Shown in pieces: positions 25,140 to 39,010 of a stretch of DNA of 64,000 bases. This DNA is from Octopus vulgaris (taxonomy: Eukaryota): the NCBI GenBank assembly GCA_951406725.2, contig OX597828.1:27280001-27344000 (forward strand), in the 5' to 3' direction. Below the pieces are notes generated by a model, which had not been told where the DNA came from, did not search any database, and worked only from the letters and a program-made list of their open reading frames with translations. Positions within the stretch are counted from its first letter, which is position 1; every line of letters begins with the position of its first letter. The position numbers and the translations under genes are program-made.

Positions 25140-27162
25140 TTATATGCATACATATGTGTATGTGTGTATATATATATGTATATGCATCCATATGGTTGTG
25201 TATATATATTTATACATGCATATAAATGTGTGTGTGTATGTACACATTAAACTGTGTGCAGTTGTTTGTATGGGTGTGAATGTTTGAATAGTTGAGAATG
25301 CAAGCAATTTCGTCTATATTAGTTAGTCAAAATACTAGACTCGTACTGTTTGGACTTCATTCAGAATCCATAATGATATTTGCTTCTCTTGCAACTGCCA
25401 CCTCTGTTTACATAATCCTGAAACAGAATTGAATAAATCCTTGCTTTAAGAATGGACACTACAATTCCTTTGAGCGGGAATGGTATAATTGATGATTCTT
25501 TGGATTATTGGTATTTGGAGAAGGTATAAATATGAAGTGTACATACATCACAGCAGGAAATTTGAATAGATTTGCATTGAGTCTTTCAGTGTAGCATGCC
25601 GCCTATATATAGAATGGAACTCATAAAAGGGAAGCTGTCTGTTATATTCTTGAAACACAAGCTTTTGCTTAACCATATGACCTCATTAGCTTTCTTCCAT
25701 CCACCATAGGCAGATGACCAAATACTTAAAATTTTTTTTTTTTTCTCTCTTTTGTTGTTGCTGTGTTTTTCTTTTTCCTTTACTGATTCTACTGAAATTG
25801 CTAATGAACTCGTCTCATTTTTCTCTCTGCAACCGATTCCAATCTAAACGTATAATATCTTTCTGATGGCTTCCATGTGAGATGTTATTGGTGAAATATT
25901 TGGTCGGAACGATAGCAATTGTTGAACAGTTTTGTAGGAATATATTAGTTTTGATGCAACTTGTCTTGAAATATTTATTACTGCACAGCTGTCTGCATAC
26001 AATATTGTCTACTAACAGTGTATGTATGTGTATATTTATACAAACACAATCTGCTTCTTTTTTTTTTCCTTTCGTGCATGTAACATTACCACCATAAATT
26101 CCAACTTATCACCTAATTCATTAACAGAGTGGGGCATTATGCCTTGTACCTCAGGGGAAGTAATTCTTTCCTTATTTTCATTTTCAAAATATAGCAATAA
26201 ATAAATAAATAATAAAACAATGAAAATAGAATTAAAAAAATAAATTATGGAAATATAGTGAATTGCTTTCATGTCTACCCCAGGGAAAAATATAAACTGT
26301 TGCTGAAGTAGTGAAGATTCAGGTAAGCACCAGTAATAAGTCAAAGAAGAATAAACCTCATTTATTCCATTGCAGTAACAATAATAATGAATTTTATTTA
26401 ACCATGGGTTTTTTAACACAAGCCATTTTTGGTGGGAGGTGGGTTTCATGTGATCCCTGAAAGTAGATCTTTGGTGAAAGACCCTTTCATTTTTAGAACT
26501 ACATTGACTAACTTTCATCTCATTAATTAACTTGCCTGATTAATGGGATTTTTGTTTGATGTTTTTTGCAAGATTAGTATTTAGACAAAAGATTTCTTTT
26601 ATAGTCTATGCTAGGCTTGAGTAATCTTTTACAAGAAACATAAGACATGACTCATCATCAGGTGACCTACACTACTAAAAAATGTTTCAAGATTATTTTT
26701 CATTAGTTGTTTCAAAAAGTCCCATGACTGGTCAGTGCTATGATAGTGTTGGTGGTGTTACATTTATGTGTTACATTTATGTAGCACACAAATAATAAAG
26801 AAGAAAGCAAAGGACCACTGATGAGGTCACAGAAGTGTGACTGGCCAAAATAAGATTAAGATTAATGTAAAAAAGAATAAATAAATAAAGCTGAAGCAAA
26901 TTAACACTAAATATATTAAGTGCGAGTGTTTTTATTGGCTAAACTGGCAACATGACCACTCCTAAATACAACAACATCTGTTTGTTAGTTTATGCATGTG
27001 TATGCAAATATAGTATTGGTATATCCCATTTATGTTCATTAGAAATTACATAAATGAAGAATTTTGACATGTACGAATACCTATTTCCCACCACTGTATA
27101 TATATATGTATGTGTGTATATATATATATGTGTGTATATATATGTATGTGTATATATGTATG

Positions 27163-27203
<41 letters not shown>

Positions 27204-27575
27204 CAAAGAAGAAAATGGAGAAACAAATTTAGTTTGTTCATCAACTTTCGGATATTAGAATGTTGGATTATTTATTCATTTAACAAAATGAGAACCTCAA
27301 TAGCATACATATATATCTTATAATTCAATACATATAAGATAAGAATACAAATTATAAAAATCATAATATAAATTATTGAAATCATTAAACTCACTTCTTA
27401 CAGCTGTTTCAGCCTATGGCTAAAAGTAGTTAATTTTATTTTTATTGCCTATAGCTGTCAACATAGTGAGGTTGTAAGCATTTAAAAATAGGTTACTTAT
27501 AGGGTATTTACCAACAGTATATTGGATAAATACTATCCCACAGTGGGTTACACCCATGACCCCTATCTTACTTTG

Positions 27576-27634
<59 letters not shown>

Positions 27635-28061
27635 GAGAGTATATCCAAACTTACAGGGAAAAAATAGATTTACTTATTATATTATATTAAACTTTTTAAT
27701 ACTTTTTGATAGTTTAAAAAAAATTGATAAATTAAAAAAAATTAAAAAATCAAAAGTTTAAAAATTCATATATTTAAAAAAATATAAAAATATAAAAATT
27801 TATAAACATAAATTTTAAGTTTAAATAATTTAAATTTTAAATTTTATATTTTATTCATTTTGTATATTAATTTATTTGTATGTTTTGGTTTATGTCTTTC
27901 ACTGTTTGATTTGCCTAATAGTGGTTTTATCTCTAACTTAATTTATATGTATATATGTATATAATAATAAATATTAGGGAATGAATCCAAAATTACAGGG
28001 AAAAATCAGATTTAGGGTTAAATCCAATTTTATAGTAAAATATTATATAATATAATTCGAG

Positions 28062-28283
28062 ACAAAACCACTATTTTAAAACCAAACAAGGAAAGACTTA
28101 ATCAATACATAAAATGTTAATATAAATTAAATAAATTTGATACTGATTAGAAGATCGAAAATCCACCTGAAGATTGTCGGTAGCAGACATGAAACATTTG
28201 TAGTGGCGGTTTATTTAATTTATATTAAAATTTTATGTATTGATTAAGTCTTTCCTTGTTTGGTTTTAAAATAGTGGTTTTGT
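28062..28283 (+). mobile_element. Penelope-like foldback: 74-bp inverted arms around a hammerhead
   Basis: Arms 28062-28135 and 28210-28283 with 1 mismatch; same family as 800-905 and 27865-27945. Confidence 0.85.
28163..28206 (+). ncRNA. Type I hammerhead ribozyme motif
   Basis: CCAC-CTGAAGA-TTGTC-GGTAGCA-GACAT-GAAA-C-ATTT-GTA-GTGG; GUA cleavage triplet. Confidence 0.78.
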
Positions 28284-28339
28284 ATATATATATATATATA
28301 TATATATAAATATACAAATTAAATTAGAGATATATGTGC

Positions 28340-28375
<36 letters not shown>

Positions 28376-28417
28376 GTAATATAAGCTGTAAAATATAACT
28401 TAAAACATTAGTTCATT

Positions 28418-28464
<47 letters not shown>

Positions 28465-28617
28465 ATTTAATCAGCAGAAGTTGCAAAGTGATACAAGGGC
28501 CAAGGGTTTCATGTATTAGCACTCATCATAGATAAGTGTCAAAGCCCCAAACTTTTGCCCCTTGAATCTCTCTGTAACCCACTGACTATATATATATATA
28601 CATATATATATATATAC

Positions 28618-28786
28618 CGGAGTAAACACATAAATGTGAAACAAGGTGGAAAAAAGAGTACTCAAATACCAGTGGTAGAGTAATATGCTTTATTTAAAGC
28701 AGCAGAAAATTCAACAAAACCTGTTACTCTGAGTTTCCCGTTGCCGTTCATCGGTTTTGTTGAATTTTCTGCTGCTTTAAATAAAG
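28618..28786 (-). mobile_element. Repeat with a perfect 34-bp inverted repeat enclosing a variant HHR core
   Basis: Arms 28688-28721 and 28753-28786; the loop on minus reads CCGATGA-ACGGCAACGG-GAAA-CTCAGA-GTA-ACAG. Confidence 0.7.
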
Positions 28787-29235
28787 TATATATATATAGG
28801 TTCCACTTGAGAACCAAATTTATAAGTTTTTCCTTTATCATTCAGCGCAAAGGTCATGTGACTGGTTTCTTGTCTAATTTATTTTTGTCATCTTAGTGGA
28901 TGAGAAGGTGTGACAGTTATGCCTCTACTAAGAAAGACCATGAATGATGTGAGATGGAATAGCATCAATTGTGAATTGAAAGAGACTCTTGTCTTTGATT
29001 GTCAGGATCTTATATCTTTGCTCTATGGAGCAAACCAAAAGTTAAATGTATATTATTAACTGGTTAAATCATTAAACAGGTATTGCTAAATGGTTAAACA
29101 GGTGTTTCTAATTTAATTAGTCATGGGTAATAAAGGTATCCGTTTCATGTAGGCAACTGCTAAAAGTACTTGTTATAGCTGGTCTGCTACACAATAATAA
29201 TGATGCTGCTGATGATGATGATAAAAATAAGTATG

Positions 29236-29277
<42 letters not shown>

Positions 29278-29279
<2 letters not shown>

Positions 29280-31536
29280 CCTTTTTTATAGAGGCACAAG
29301 GGCTGAAATTTCAGTGGAGAGGGTACGTTGATTACAATGACCCCAGTGCTTAACTGGTACTTATTTTTATTGACCCTGAAAAGATGAAAGGTAAAGTTGA
29401 CCATGGCCTAATTTGAACTCAGAACATAGAGGCAGACAAAATGCAGTTAAGCATTTTGTCTAGTGTGCCAACGTTTCTGCCAGCTGTCATCATCATCATC
29501 ATTGTTTAATGTCTGCCTTCCATTCTAGCATCGGTGGGATGGTTTGGCAGGAGTTGGCCAGGCAGAAGAAGCCTGCACCAGACTTCTGCGACAGTTTTGG
29601 TAGGACTTTTACATTTGGATGTTCTTCCTAACAACAGCCACTCAGCAGAGTGGACTTAGTGCTTTTTACGTGGCACAGGCACAGGTAAGGTCAGTTTTGG
29701 CAAGGGTTTTACAGGTGGACACCCTTCCAAATACCAATCACTTTAGAGTGTGTTCTTTTTTTTTAAGTAGCATCTGCACTGACAGGGTCACCAAGTACTT
29801 GCAAGACAAACATTTTTGAGTAGGGAAAGGGCATTGGAGGAAGTGATCTTGTGTCAGATTATGAAATATTATAGTAAGAGAGAAACAGGTATCATGCTGT
29901 AGAGGAGGTACAAGGCTACCTGGCTGGAAAGAAAGAGAGGGAGAGAGAGAGAGAGATCAGGAATGAGGACAGAAACAGGTGTGCTGCCACAAAGGAGATA
30001 CATAGTTACTCAATCTCAGGGAAGTGCAGGAGAAGGAGAGAGAGAGAGTGAGAGAAATCAGGATATAGATGGTGACAAAGCGCTGGGTAAACTCACGAGG
30101 GACAGAGATCAGTATCTAAATGGGATGGTCAAGTAAAAGCAGAGAGAGACATGGATGGTGGCAAGTGCCAGGGTATACTCTTGAGGTTCGAATGCCATAA
30201 TATTATTATTATTATTATTATTATTACTACTACTACTACTACTAATAATAATAATAATTTCATTTATTTGCCACAAGGGCAGCAATTTTGGCAGCAGAGA
30301 TGAGTTAATTGTGTTCAGCTGGTACTTATTTTATTGACCCTGGAAAGATGAAAGGTGAACTTGACCTGGGCATAATTTCAACTCAGAACATAGCAATGGG
30401 CAAAATTCTGCTTAGCATTTCACTCGGTGTGCTAACGATATCAGAATTGTTTGCAGGTGAAATGCTTGGCATCATTTCATTCATCCTTACATTCTCAGTT
30501 CAAATTCTGCCAAGGTCGTCTTTGCCTTTCATCCTTTCGGGGTCGATAAATAAGTACTAATTATGTACTGGTGTTGATGTAATTGACTATACCCCTCCCC
30601 CACAATATCAGGCTTTGTGCATCTAGTAGAAAGGATTATTAGTATTATTATTAATAATAATAATAATAACCCTTTCTACTGGACGCACGAGACCTCAAAT
30701 TTGGGGAAAGAGTTTAAGTCAATTACATTGACCCTACTGTGTAACTGGTACTTATTTCATTGACCCCCCTCCCCCAAGGATGAAAGGCAAAGTCGACCTC
30801 GATGGAATTTGAACTCAGAACATAAGACAGATGAAATACCTATTTCTTTACTACCCACAAGGGTCTAAACACAGAGGGGACAAACAAGGACAGACAAACG
30901 GATTAAGTCGATTACATCAACCTCAGTGCATAACTGGTACTTATTTAATCGACCCTGAAAGGATGAAAGGCAAAGTCGACCTTGGCGGAATTTGAACTCA
31001 GAACGTCGCAGCAGACGAAATACCACTAAGCATTTCACCTGGTGTGATAACGATTCTGCCAGCTCGCCGCCTTTAATAAAAATAATTATGAATAATGGTA
31101 GTAATACTTGTAGTAGTAGTAGTAGTAGTAGTAGTAATGAGGATAAAAATAATGATATTAATAATCCTGTTTCCAATAGGTACAAGGCTTGAAATTTTGT
31201 GACAGGAGTTTAGCCAATTACATTGACCCCAGTACTCAACTGGTACTTATTTGATGAACTCTGAAAAGATGAAAGGCAAAGTTGACCTTGGTGAAATTTG
31301 ACTTCAAATTACAAAAGCATTTTGCCCAGTGTGTTGCTGGGTCTGCTTGCTCATCACCTTACAACAACAACAACAACAATAATAATAATAATCCTTTCTA
31401 CTATAGGCACAATGCCTGAAATTTTGGGGGAGGGGCTAGTGGATTCCATTGACCCCCCCCAAGGTTTAACTGGTACTTATTTCACTACCCCTGAGAAGAT
31501 GAAATGCAAAGTCAAACTTGGCAGAATTTGAACTCA
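29278..31536. mobile_element. Cluster of about 7 SINE family B copies (mostly minus, one plus) with family D fragments
   Basis: Core actggtacttattt..tgaccc.gaaa.gatgaaagg.aaagt.gacc recurs near 29355, 30320, 30745, 30935, 31240, 31470; plus copy at 30450-30640. Confidence 0.8.
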
Positions 31537-31883
31537 ATAACTGTGACTATTTTTACTTTAAATCATGTTCTTATTTTATTAACCTTTTTTGAATTAAAGG
31601 AAGAGATACAAATGCAATGAGTTCTACAGACTGAACTGTTTTCTAATTGATACTGGTCAGAACATTTCCAGCACTGATAGCTGCTCTTGTCTCAAAAGGG
31701 TCAATTATTTGTAGTTTGGAAAGAAACCTGAATGTGTCTGTATATTGTTTATAGTCAATTTATTTATCTATTTATTTCAATGGTGTATCAAAATCCAATT
31801 CGAATCATATTAAAATTCTTCAGAATCATGGTAGTGTTACTGTAAAAGGAACTGTCTCCGATTAAAGAACCCACGCACGCATG

Positions 31884-31952
<69 letters not shown>

Positions 31953-32165
31953 CTTCTCTCCTTCATGTTTTATAGAAATGGCATCAATGTAGAATGGAAA
32001 GTTAAGGTAATGAAATATTCCATGAAGACATGGGTAGAAAACAAAAGGAATCAACAACTAACCAAAACCAGGTTCCTTTATCATCATATTTTGTTTTGTT
32101 TTGTGTTGTTTTGTTTTGTTTTTAATTATTGATACACAGATAGTAGAATTTGCAAAAATTATTTT

Positions 32166-32179
32166 GTTTCCATAGCAAC
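32166..32179. promoter_or_regulatory. RFX X-box motif
   Basis: GTTTCCATAGCAAC matches the consensus GTHNYY-AT-RRNAAC, in non-repetitive DNA. Confidence 0.4.
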
Positions 32180-33272
32180 AACTTAATTAATTTTGCTAAA
32201 ATACTTTATATTATGGCCAGCCTTGATTTACAACTGAATCTATTATGTTTATTGTGGTTGGTCAGCTATTCACTCAACAGCAGAAATACAAATGGCTTCT
32301 ATTGATTTACATTCAACCGGTAATGAAACCCACACCAAGAATTAGCCACTGTGTCAAGAATCTTATCACCCACCATTGTTTTTATGTTTCATGATGAGAC
32401 ATAGACGCGAGTTTCTTCAGTTTTCCCAATTATATTCCCGACATAACTAGCCCACAGCTTTACCGTTTTCTTATTACTTCGGAACATCTTCATGTTCGGA
32501 AAAAGTACATTTTCTTTCATCAAAGTGTCCTCATTCTTTATTGTTTTTCCTTTTTTCCATTCATCCATCCACTCCACTCCGTTGGAACATTTCTGTTTTG
32601 CTTAGTGGAACAAATAAAAAGCGTTATAAACATGAGACAATCTTGTATTTTGTTCAGCTGCCAATTGCACCAATTACTTTAACCATAAGACATCTGTTGC
32701 AAAGGTCAGCATCTGATAACCGTCTTTAACTTTAGCAATATGTTTTTCTCGATAATTCAGCAGTAGACCTTGCACCATTTATGATAAACATATGGATGAA
32801 CAGACTAAAGACCCACAAGAGGAAAGAAATATACCATGGCCTTGTTTCGGAACAGCCATAGGCACAAAAATGTCTCTTTTTCGATAAAATTCTGTTCTTT
32901 GCTTGTTTTTAATTTTTCATTCTTTCTTGTTTTCTGCACCAGAGTTCTTCTGGGAAATTAAAAACGTTTCCTGTTTTAGTTTTCTTACTGTCATATTGAT
33001 GTCCCCAAAGACTTAACCAACTGATCAGAATCGGCAGTGTTTTTGGTGATTTGGACTCAACACGCAAATTTAGTTGACAGATAAAAATATGTCTATGGTT
33101 GCATTCAGACAGAACAAGCGCAATGATTAACTACACTGCAATCAGATGAATATACTTTATCATTTTTATATTATTATTATCATCATAATCCTGTTGTTGT
33201 TCTTATCATTATTGTTTTTATTGTTATCATCATCATTTGTTATTGTTGTTGTTATTTTTCTTCTTGTTCTTG

Positions 33273-33313
<41 letters not shown>

Positions 33314-33774
33314 TATTATTTATGGTGTTGTTGTTGGCAGAATTTTTGTAGGGCTGCATTTTTAATATCATTCTTGTTTTCCTGAAGCAATAACTGCATT
33401 TAGTAGTTTGTCGGTGATGTAGATATGTCCATGGAATGTGTATGTTTATGTGTGTGTATGTGTGTGTGTGTGGCTACTGAAAGTGTTAATATTTGAGTGG
33501 ATTAATTAATTAAAAGTCAGTGAAGGAAAAGGGGGGGGGGCGGAAAAGTCATCTTTTCATTTCACCTCATACAGGAGAAAGGACAATATGTACATGTGTA
33601 TCTCCACTTAGTTAAAGGTCCAGCAAGTTTATTGTTAAGACCCAGTGATAAAAAACAAAAATCAAGAGGGTAAAAAGTAACTTAATATACAAGAAGCAAT
33701 GTGTGTGAATGCATGTGTGTTTATTTATATGTGTTTGTGCACATGTGTGTATATGTGTGTGTGACTTTTCTTAC

Positions 33775-33891
33775 CTGTGAGGTTGTATAGTAATTCATAA
33801 ATGGTTTTCGTTTGTTGTTTAATGTTGAACTTTTGTTTCTCTTGCTGATTGTTCTCCTCTGCTCAGTGATGGGATCGTCAATGGCTACCAT
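33775..33891 (-). CDS. Candidate first coding exon or uORF, MVAIDDPITEQRRTISKRNKSSTLNNKRKPFMNYYTTSQ
   Basis: 39 open codons from ATG to a perfect CAG/GTAAGA donor; in-frame stop just upstream; no homology recognised. Confidence 0.25.
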
Positions 33892-34369
33892 CACTCACAA
33901 CCTCCGTCGTTTTCAATAGCAACAACACCAACATCACATCACTACTATCTTCTCTTTTTTAACTATCTCCACCGCCAACGTGAATGCAATCATCTTCACC
34001 ATCAGCAACATCATCATCATCACAGCCATCATCATTTTCATCCTCATCATCCTTGTAACCATTATTGTCAATGTCATCACCATCATTACCATAATCATCA
34101 CCATTATTGTCAATGTCATCACCATCATTACCATAATCATCACCATTATCATCATTATCACCACAACCATCACCACCACCACCATCATCAATTTTTATAT
34201 TTGTTTTACTGTTGCTATTTGCATTTTGTTCCCTTGAAGCAGCCTTATAAAGAAAAAAAAAATTGATAATTTAATATTTTCTTTTGTTGTTATTGCTATC
34301 ATCATCATCATCATCATCATTATTATTATTATTATTATTGTTATTATTATTATTATCATTATTATTATA

Positions 34370-34409
<40 letters not shown>

Positions 34410-34628
34410 TGGTAATGGTGATGGTGTTGGCAATGGTGGGTGGTTGTCAGCCACTCCTGTAATTTCCACCACATACACCTGTCCATCTTAATCATTTTCT
34501 CTGTTATCACCTTCCAAGCCTTGTATTTACTCTGTCTGTTTGTCCCTCTATCACTTTCATTCCTTCTGTCTGTTCATCAGTATGTCAACATTTTTGCATG
34601 TACATCTCTTTATTCAACTTTCTGTCTG

Positions 34629-34668
<40 letters not shown>

Positions 34669-34721
34669 ATGTCTGCTTATATGTCTATCCAGCTGCCACT
34701 CTCTCTCTCTCTCTCTTTCTA

Positions 34722-34775
<54 letters not shown>

Positions 34776-35404
34776 CATATATATTTATTTACCTGCCTGC
34801 CAGTCTGTTTTCATTCTTCCTTCATTCCCTTTGTCCATTTCTTTGACCAGTCTACTTGAGGCTATCTCCTGACTTGTTATCCCTTTTATGATGTGTATCT
34901 TGATTTTGGAATTAGGAACATTACATCCTTATGTTTCTTAAGAGGGTTAGCAACAACAAAGGGCACCTGACCTTAAAACTCTGCCTCCACAAACTCATCT
35001 TCACCACCTTCAACCTCCCCCTGACTTGGAAACGAGGACATGAAGTGACATTAATAATGATGATGGCTACATTTTTTTTTAACCTTCAACTATTTTTACT
35101 TACCCCTTACTCTGTCTTTTCTCACACACACACACTCAATTTTGTTATATGGTTTCATAAGAATCAAGGCACATCACTTTGTAGGACACCAGAAATGGCT
35201 GGGTATAACATAGAGCTCACATTGAAATAAACAGCATTGCGGACATCAACTGTTGGTTGGATACCTTGGACGTATAAGTACCAAATTCAAATGAAACCAT
35301 AGACCTGGCTCAGTGGTGGGTCTTTGGTATGGCATAGGTTCAAAAAATACGAATGGCATTTAAAATTTATGGTAGTTGTTTTGGTAGAATTCTATTTATT
35401 TAGT

Positions 35405-35653
35405 GCAGTTGAGATGCTTAGAATATCTGACGGCGTAGATTATAGTCTTGTCACCCATATAGTTAACTAGATGTTACATGTAGGAGTCATACCCAATGAA
35501 TGGTGTAGCAGCACCATAGTCAACTGCTACAAAGATAAAGGCGATGCCTTTGATAGAAATAATTGGAAAGGTGTCAGATTGTTGGATCAGGTGATTAAAG
35601 TCATGGAGAGGCTCATAGCCTAACTAATTAGGGAGAGTGTTAATTTAGATGAG
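35405..35653 (+). mobile_element. RTE-clade LINE reverse transcriptase fragment
   Basis: GVIPNEWCSSTIVNCYKDKGDAFDRNNWKGVRLLDQVIKVMERLI matches the start of the non-LTR RT domain (IPxxW..KxKGD..NYRGIxLL); two stops. Confidence 0.85.
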
Positions 35654-36279
35654 ATTTTGCTATAGAAATTATAGCTAACACTGCAGATGTTTCATATGTG
35701 TAATGCCAGATGTAATGAGATCGAAGATGAAGAAATCGGTAATGCCATATTTTGGGAGTTTTTGCTCTTTCCTCAGAATCCATCTAACCCATTAACAAAA
35801 TCAGTGCTGGTTATAATTTCTATAGAAAATCTGTAGAGATGACCTTAACATGTGATTTAATAGCACTGCTAACACAGGAGTACATGGCATTGACTTATAA
35901 AAAACGTCTAATATGCTTTGTAGCATATTAAGGGTGCATAATGAAATACTGTGTGCCTAAAAGTCATTAATATTCTTATGGCAAGCCAAGTGAGACTGTA
36001 ACTGTGGCCTGTGCCAGTGCAGCATAACCCGTCCATTTAAGAGTGCCCTTCAATCATTGGGCAATAAACTGCATTTGCGTAGACCATTGAGTCAAGTGAA
36101 GTTATTGTTGTGGTCGTTGATAGTACTGCTTGATTGGCACCCATACAGGTGGCACATAAAAAGCACCCTTCGAGCATGGTTGTTGCTAGTGCCACCTGAC
36201 TAGTTACAAGGCTTGACATTTTGTTGAGATAGGACTACTCGATTATGGTGGTGGTGATGATGATGATTATGATTGTTGT

Positions 36280-36535
36280 TGATGGGTCCTTAGGAACAGT
36301 ATCAGAAGGCATCAAGAGGGATATTAAGGAAACTGGAATAGAGTGTCCAGTTACAAAAGTTTTGCCTCCTTGGCATGGCCAGAATGATCAGGAAAATACT
36401 AGATAGTTGAAAAGAGCAGATAGTATGGCACCTTAAGCTGCAGGTAGTAAGCCCACTACACATATAAGACTCCAAGCATGCCAACAAAACCTGTGATAAA
36501 GAGAAAACAATGATAAACATTTCAAAGTTTGGCAC
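36280..36535 (+). mobile_element. 3' end of an R4/Dong-like (restriction-like endonuclease) LINE
   Basis: GSLGTVS..GIECPV / LQKFCLLGMARMIRKILD resembles the GALG..LQKxxLLGTARIIRKVL C-terminus. Confidence 0.7.
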
Positions 36536-37269
36536 AATGCCAGCAGCTTTTGAGGGGAGGGTGAAGTTGATTACATCAACCTCAGTACTTGACATGTTCT
36601 TTATTTTATGAACCCTCAAAGGATGAAAAGCAAAGCTGACCCCAGCAGGATTTGAACTCAGAACAGGAGGAGGTGAAAGAAACGTCTCTAAGTGTTTTGT
36701 CTCTTAATCATTGAAGTTAGATGAAGTAAGGTATACTTAGAATTCTTTGATTTAGGCTAAAATCTTTTCAAAGCAAATAAGACATTGCAAGTGAGAGGTG
36801 GTAGAGTTTTCTTAAACAGCAACGTACTGCAGCATGGGCCATAAATTTAGGTGTACAGTGAATTTATAAGAGTGGAATGAACATAATCCATTGGATAGAT
36901 ATGTTGTGTTGACATGTAAGAAAAGTTAAGCACAAATGAGTTGGCAAAGCAACATGGCATCAAAGGTGAGCTTCACATGTGAACATACGATAAAGGCTTA
37001 CTGAAAAAAAAAAGCTATAATAATTGTCATCTCTAAACATTGAGCTTTTCAGATGAGATGCGATGATGTTGGAATCAGAAATGAAAATGTTGGGAAAAGT
37101 AGTGTGTATTGCAAACCATATTAAGAACACATGATATGATAGATATACACAAGAAAATGAGTTAAAAATTTTGATTGTGATGATGATAGGCATCGTGTAG
37201 ATGTGTGGGGTAGAAAGGGAGAGACGTACCATCATGATCTTTTCATGTCCAGTATCTGTGTATATTTAA

Positions 37270-37323
37270 ATACAGTATGTGTATGTTGTGTGTGTGTATA
37301 TACATATATGTATATATAATGTA

Positions 37324-37368
<45 letters not shown>

Positions 37369-37396
37369 GCACACATATATATACATATATATAATG

Positions 37397-37433
<37 letters not shown>

Positions 37434-37585
37434 GTCTATATATGCATACATGTCTATATATGTATACATGTCTATATATGTATACATGTCTATATATACA
37501 TATATGTATATATATATATATATATATATACATGTACATATATATGTACATATATATGTACATATATATATATATATATATATAT

Positions 37586-37637
<52 letters not shown>

Positions 37638-38175
37638 TTGTCTATATATACAGATATTTATATATATATATATATATATACACACACAACACACACACAT
37701 TATATTTGCATACAGACTCACAAATACATTTCTTGTACCTTCTCTCACACTCTCTCCCTCTCTCTCCATTAAGCTATCACATTGCAGATCTCTCTTATCT
37801 CTCTCTCGTATTCTTTATGTCCCTATGCCTTCATCATTGTATCACATCGAACAACTAAATATTCTATTTCTCATCCTAACTTCCTTCGGCTCCACATCAC
37901 CCTCCCTCCTACTTCTGCGCCAAATACTCTGCACCACTTCTTTATCTATCTATCTATCTATCTATCTATCACTCTAAATAACGATCTGTTTAAATGCCTG
38001 TCTCTCTCTCTCTTATATATATATATATATATATATATATTTGCCCGTCTGGTTATGTAGCTATCTATTTCTCTCTGTCTACCTCTTTATCTATATAAGT
38101 GGCTATTCATATATCTATGTGTCATATCTATCTATCTATATATCTCTCTATCTATCTGTTTATATGCCTGTGTCT

Positions 38176-38207
<32 letters not shown>

Positions 38208-38307
38208 NNNNNNNNNNNNNNNNNNNNNNNNNNNNNNNNNNNNNNNNNNNNNNNNNNNNNNNNNNNNNNNNNNNNNNNNNNNNNNNNNNNNNNNNNNNNN
38301 NNNNNNN

Positions 38308-38348
<41 letters not shown>

Positions 38349-38705
38349 AAAAACAAACAAGAAATATATACATCTTATCTATCTATCATTCTGTTTCTCT
38401 CTAGTTTGACTTGTTGCATCTAAATTGCCTCTATACAAGGAATACATTGATGCCAGCCTCTGTATTTCAATGTATATATCCTGGTCATCACTGTTTTGAA
38501 TTGGCTGAGGATTGACAGAACTAATTAACTGGCAATTGTTCTCTTTCTTACCATTTCTCTTCCTTTCCATTTCTACTTCTTCCTTACAGTTTATCTCTGC
38601 TTCTTTCTTTTTGTCCACCTCTACATAATATACCTTCTTTCAAACCCAATATTTTCTCTCTCTATATCTCTCTCTCTCTTTCTCTCCCTCTCTGTATATA
38701 TATAT

Positions 38706-38762
<57 letters not shown>

Positions 38763-38872
38763 GTATATATGTATATATATATATGTATGTATATATGTAT
38801 GAATGTATACATATGTATATATATATGTATGTATGTATATACATATATAAATATATATATGTATGTATATAC

Positions 38873-38967
<95 letters not shown>

Positions 38968-39010
38968 TATATATATATATATATATATATAGATAGATTT
39001 AGATATATAT
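37270..39010. repeat. (TA)n-rich microsatellite blocks
   Basis: Seen directly; includes an 18-bp catgtctatatatgtata sub-repeat near 37431-37495. Confidence 0.85.
38208..38307. other. Assembly gap (100 N)
   Basis: Run of N flanked by (TA)n on both sides. Confidence 0.99.

Noticed and set aside
26825-26860. CTGATGA-GGTC..GGCC-AAAA hammerhead-like remnant
   Set aside because: GAAA is mutated and there are no stem III or stem I partners
33778-33791. let-7-like TGAGGTTGTATAGT
   Set aside because: The seed is broken and no precursor hairpin is present
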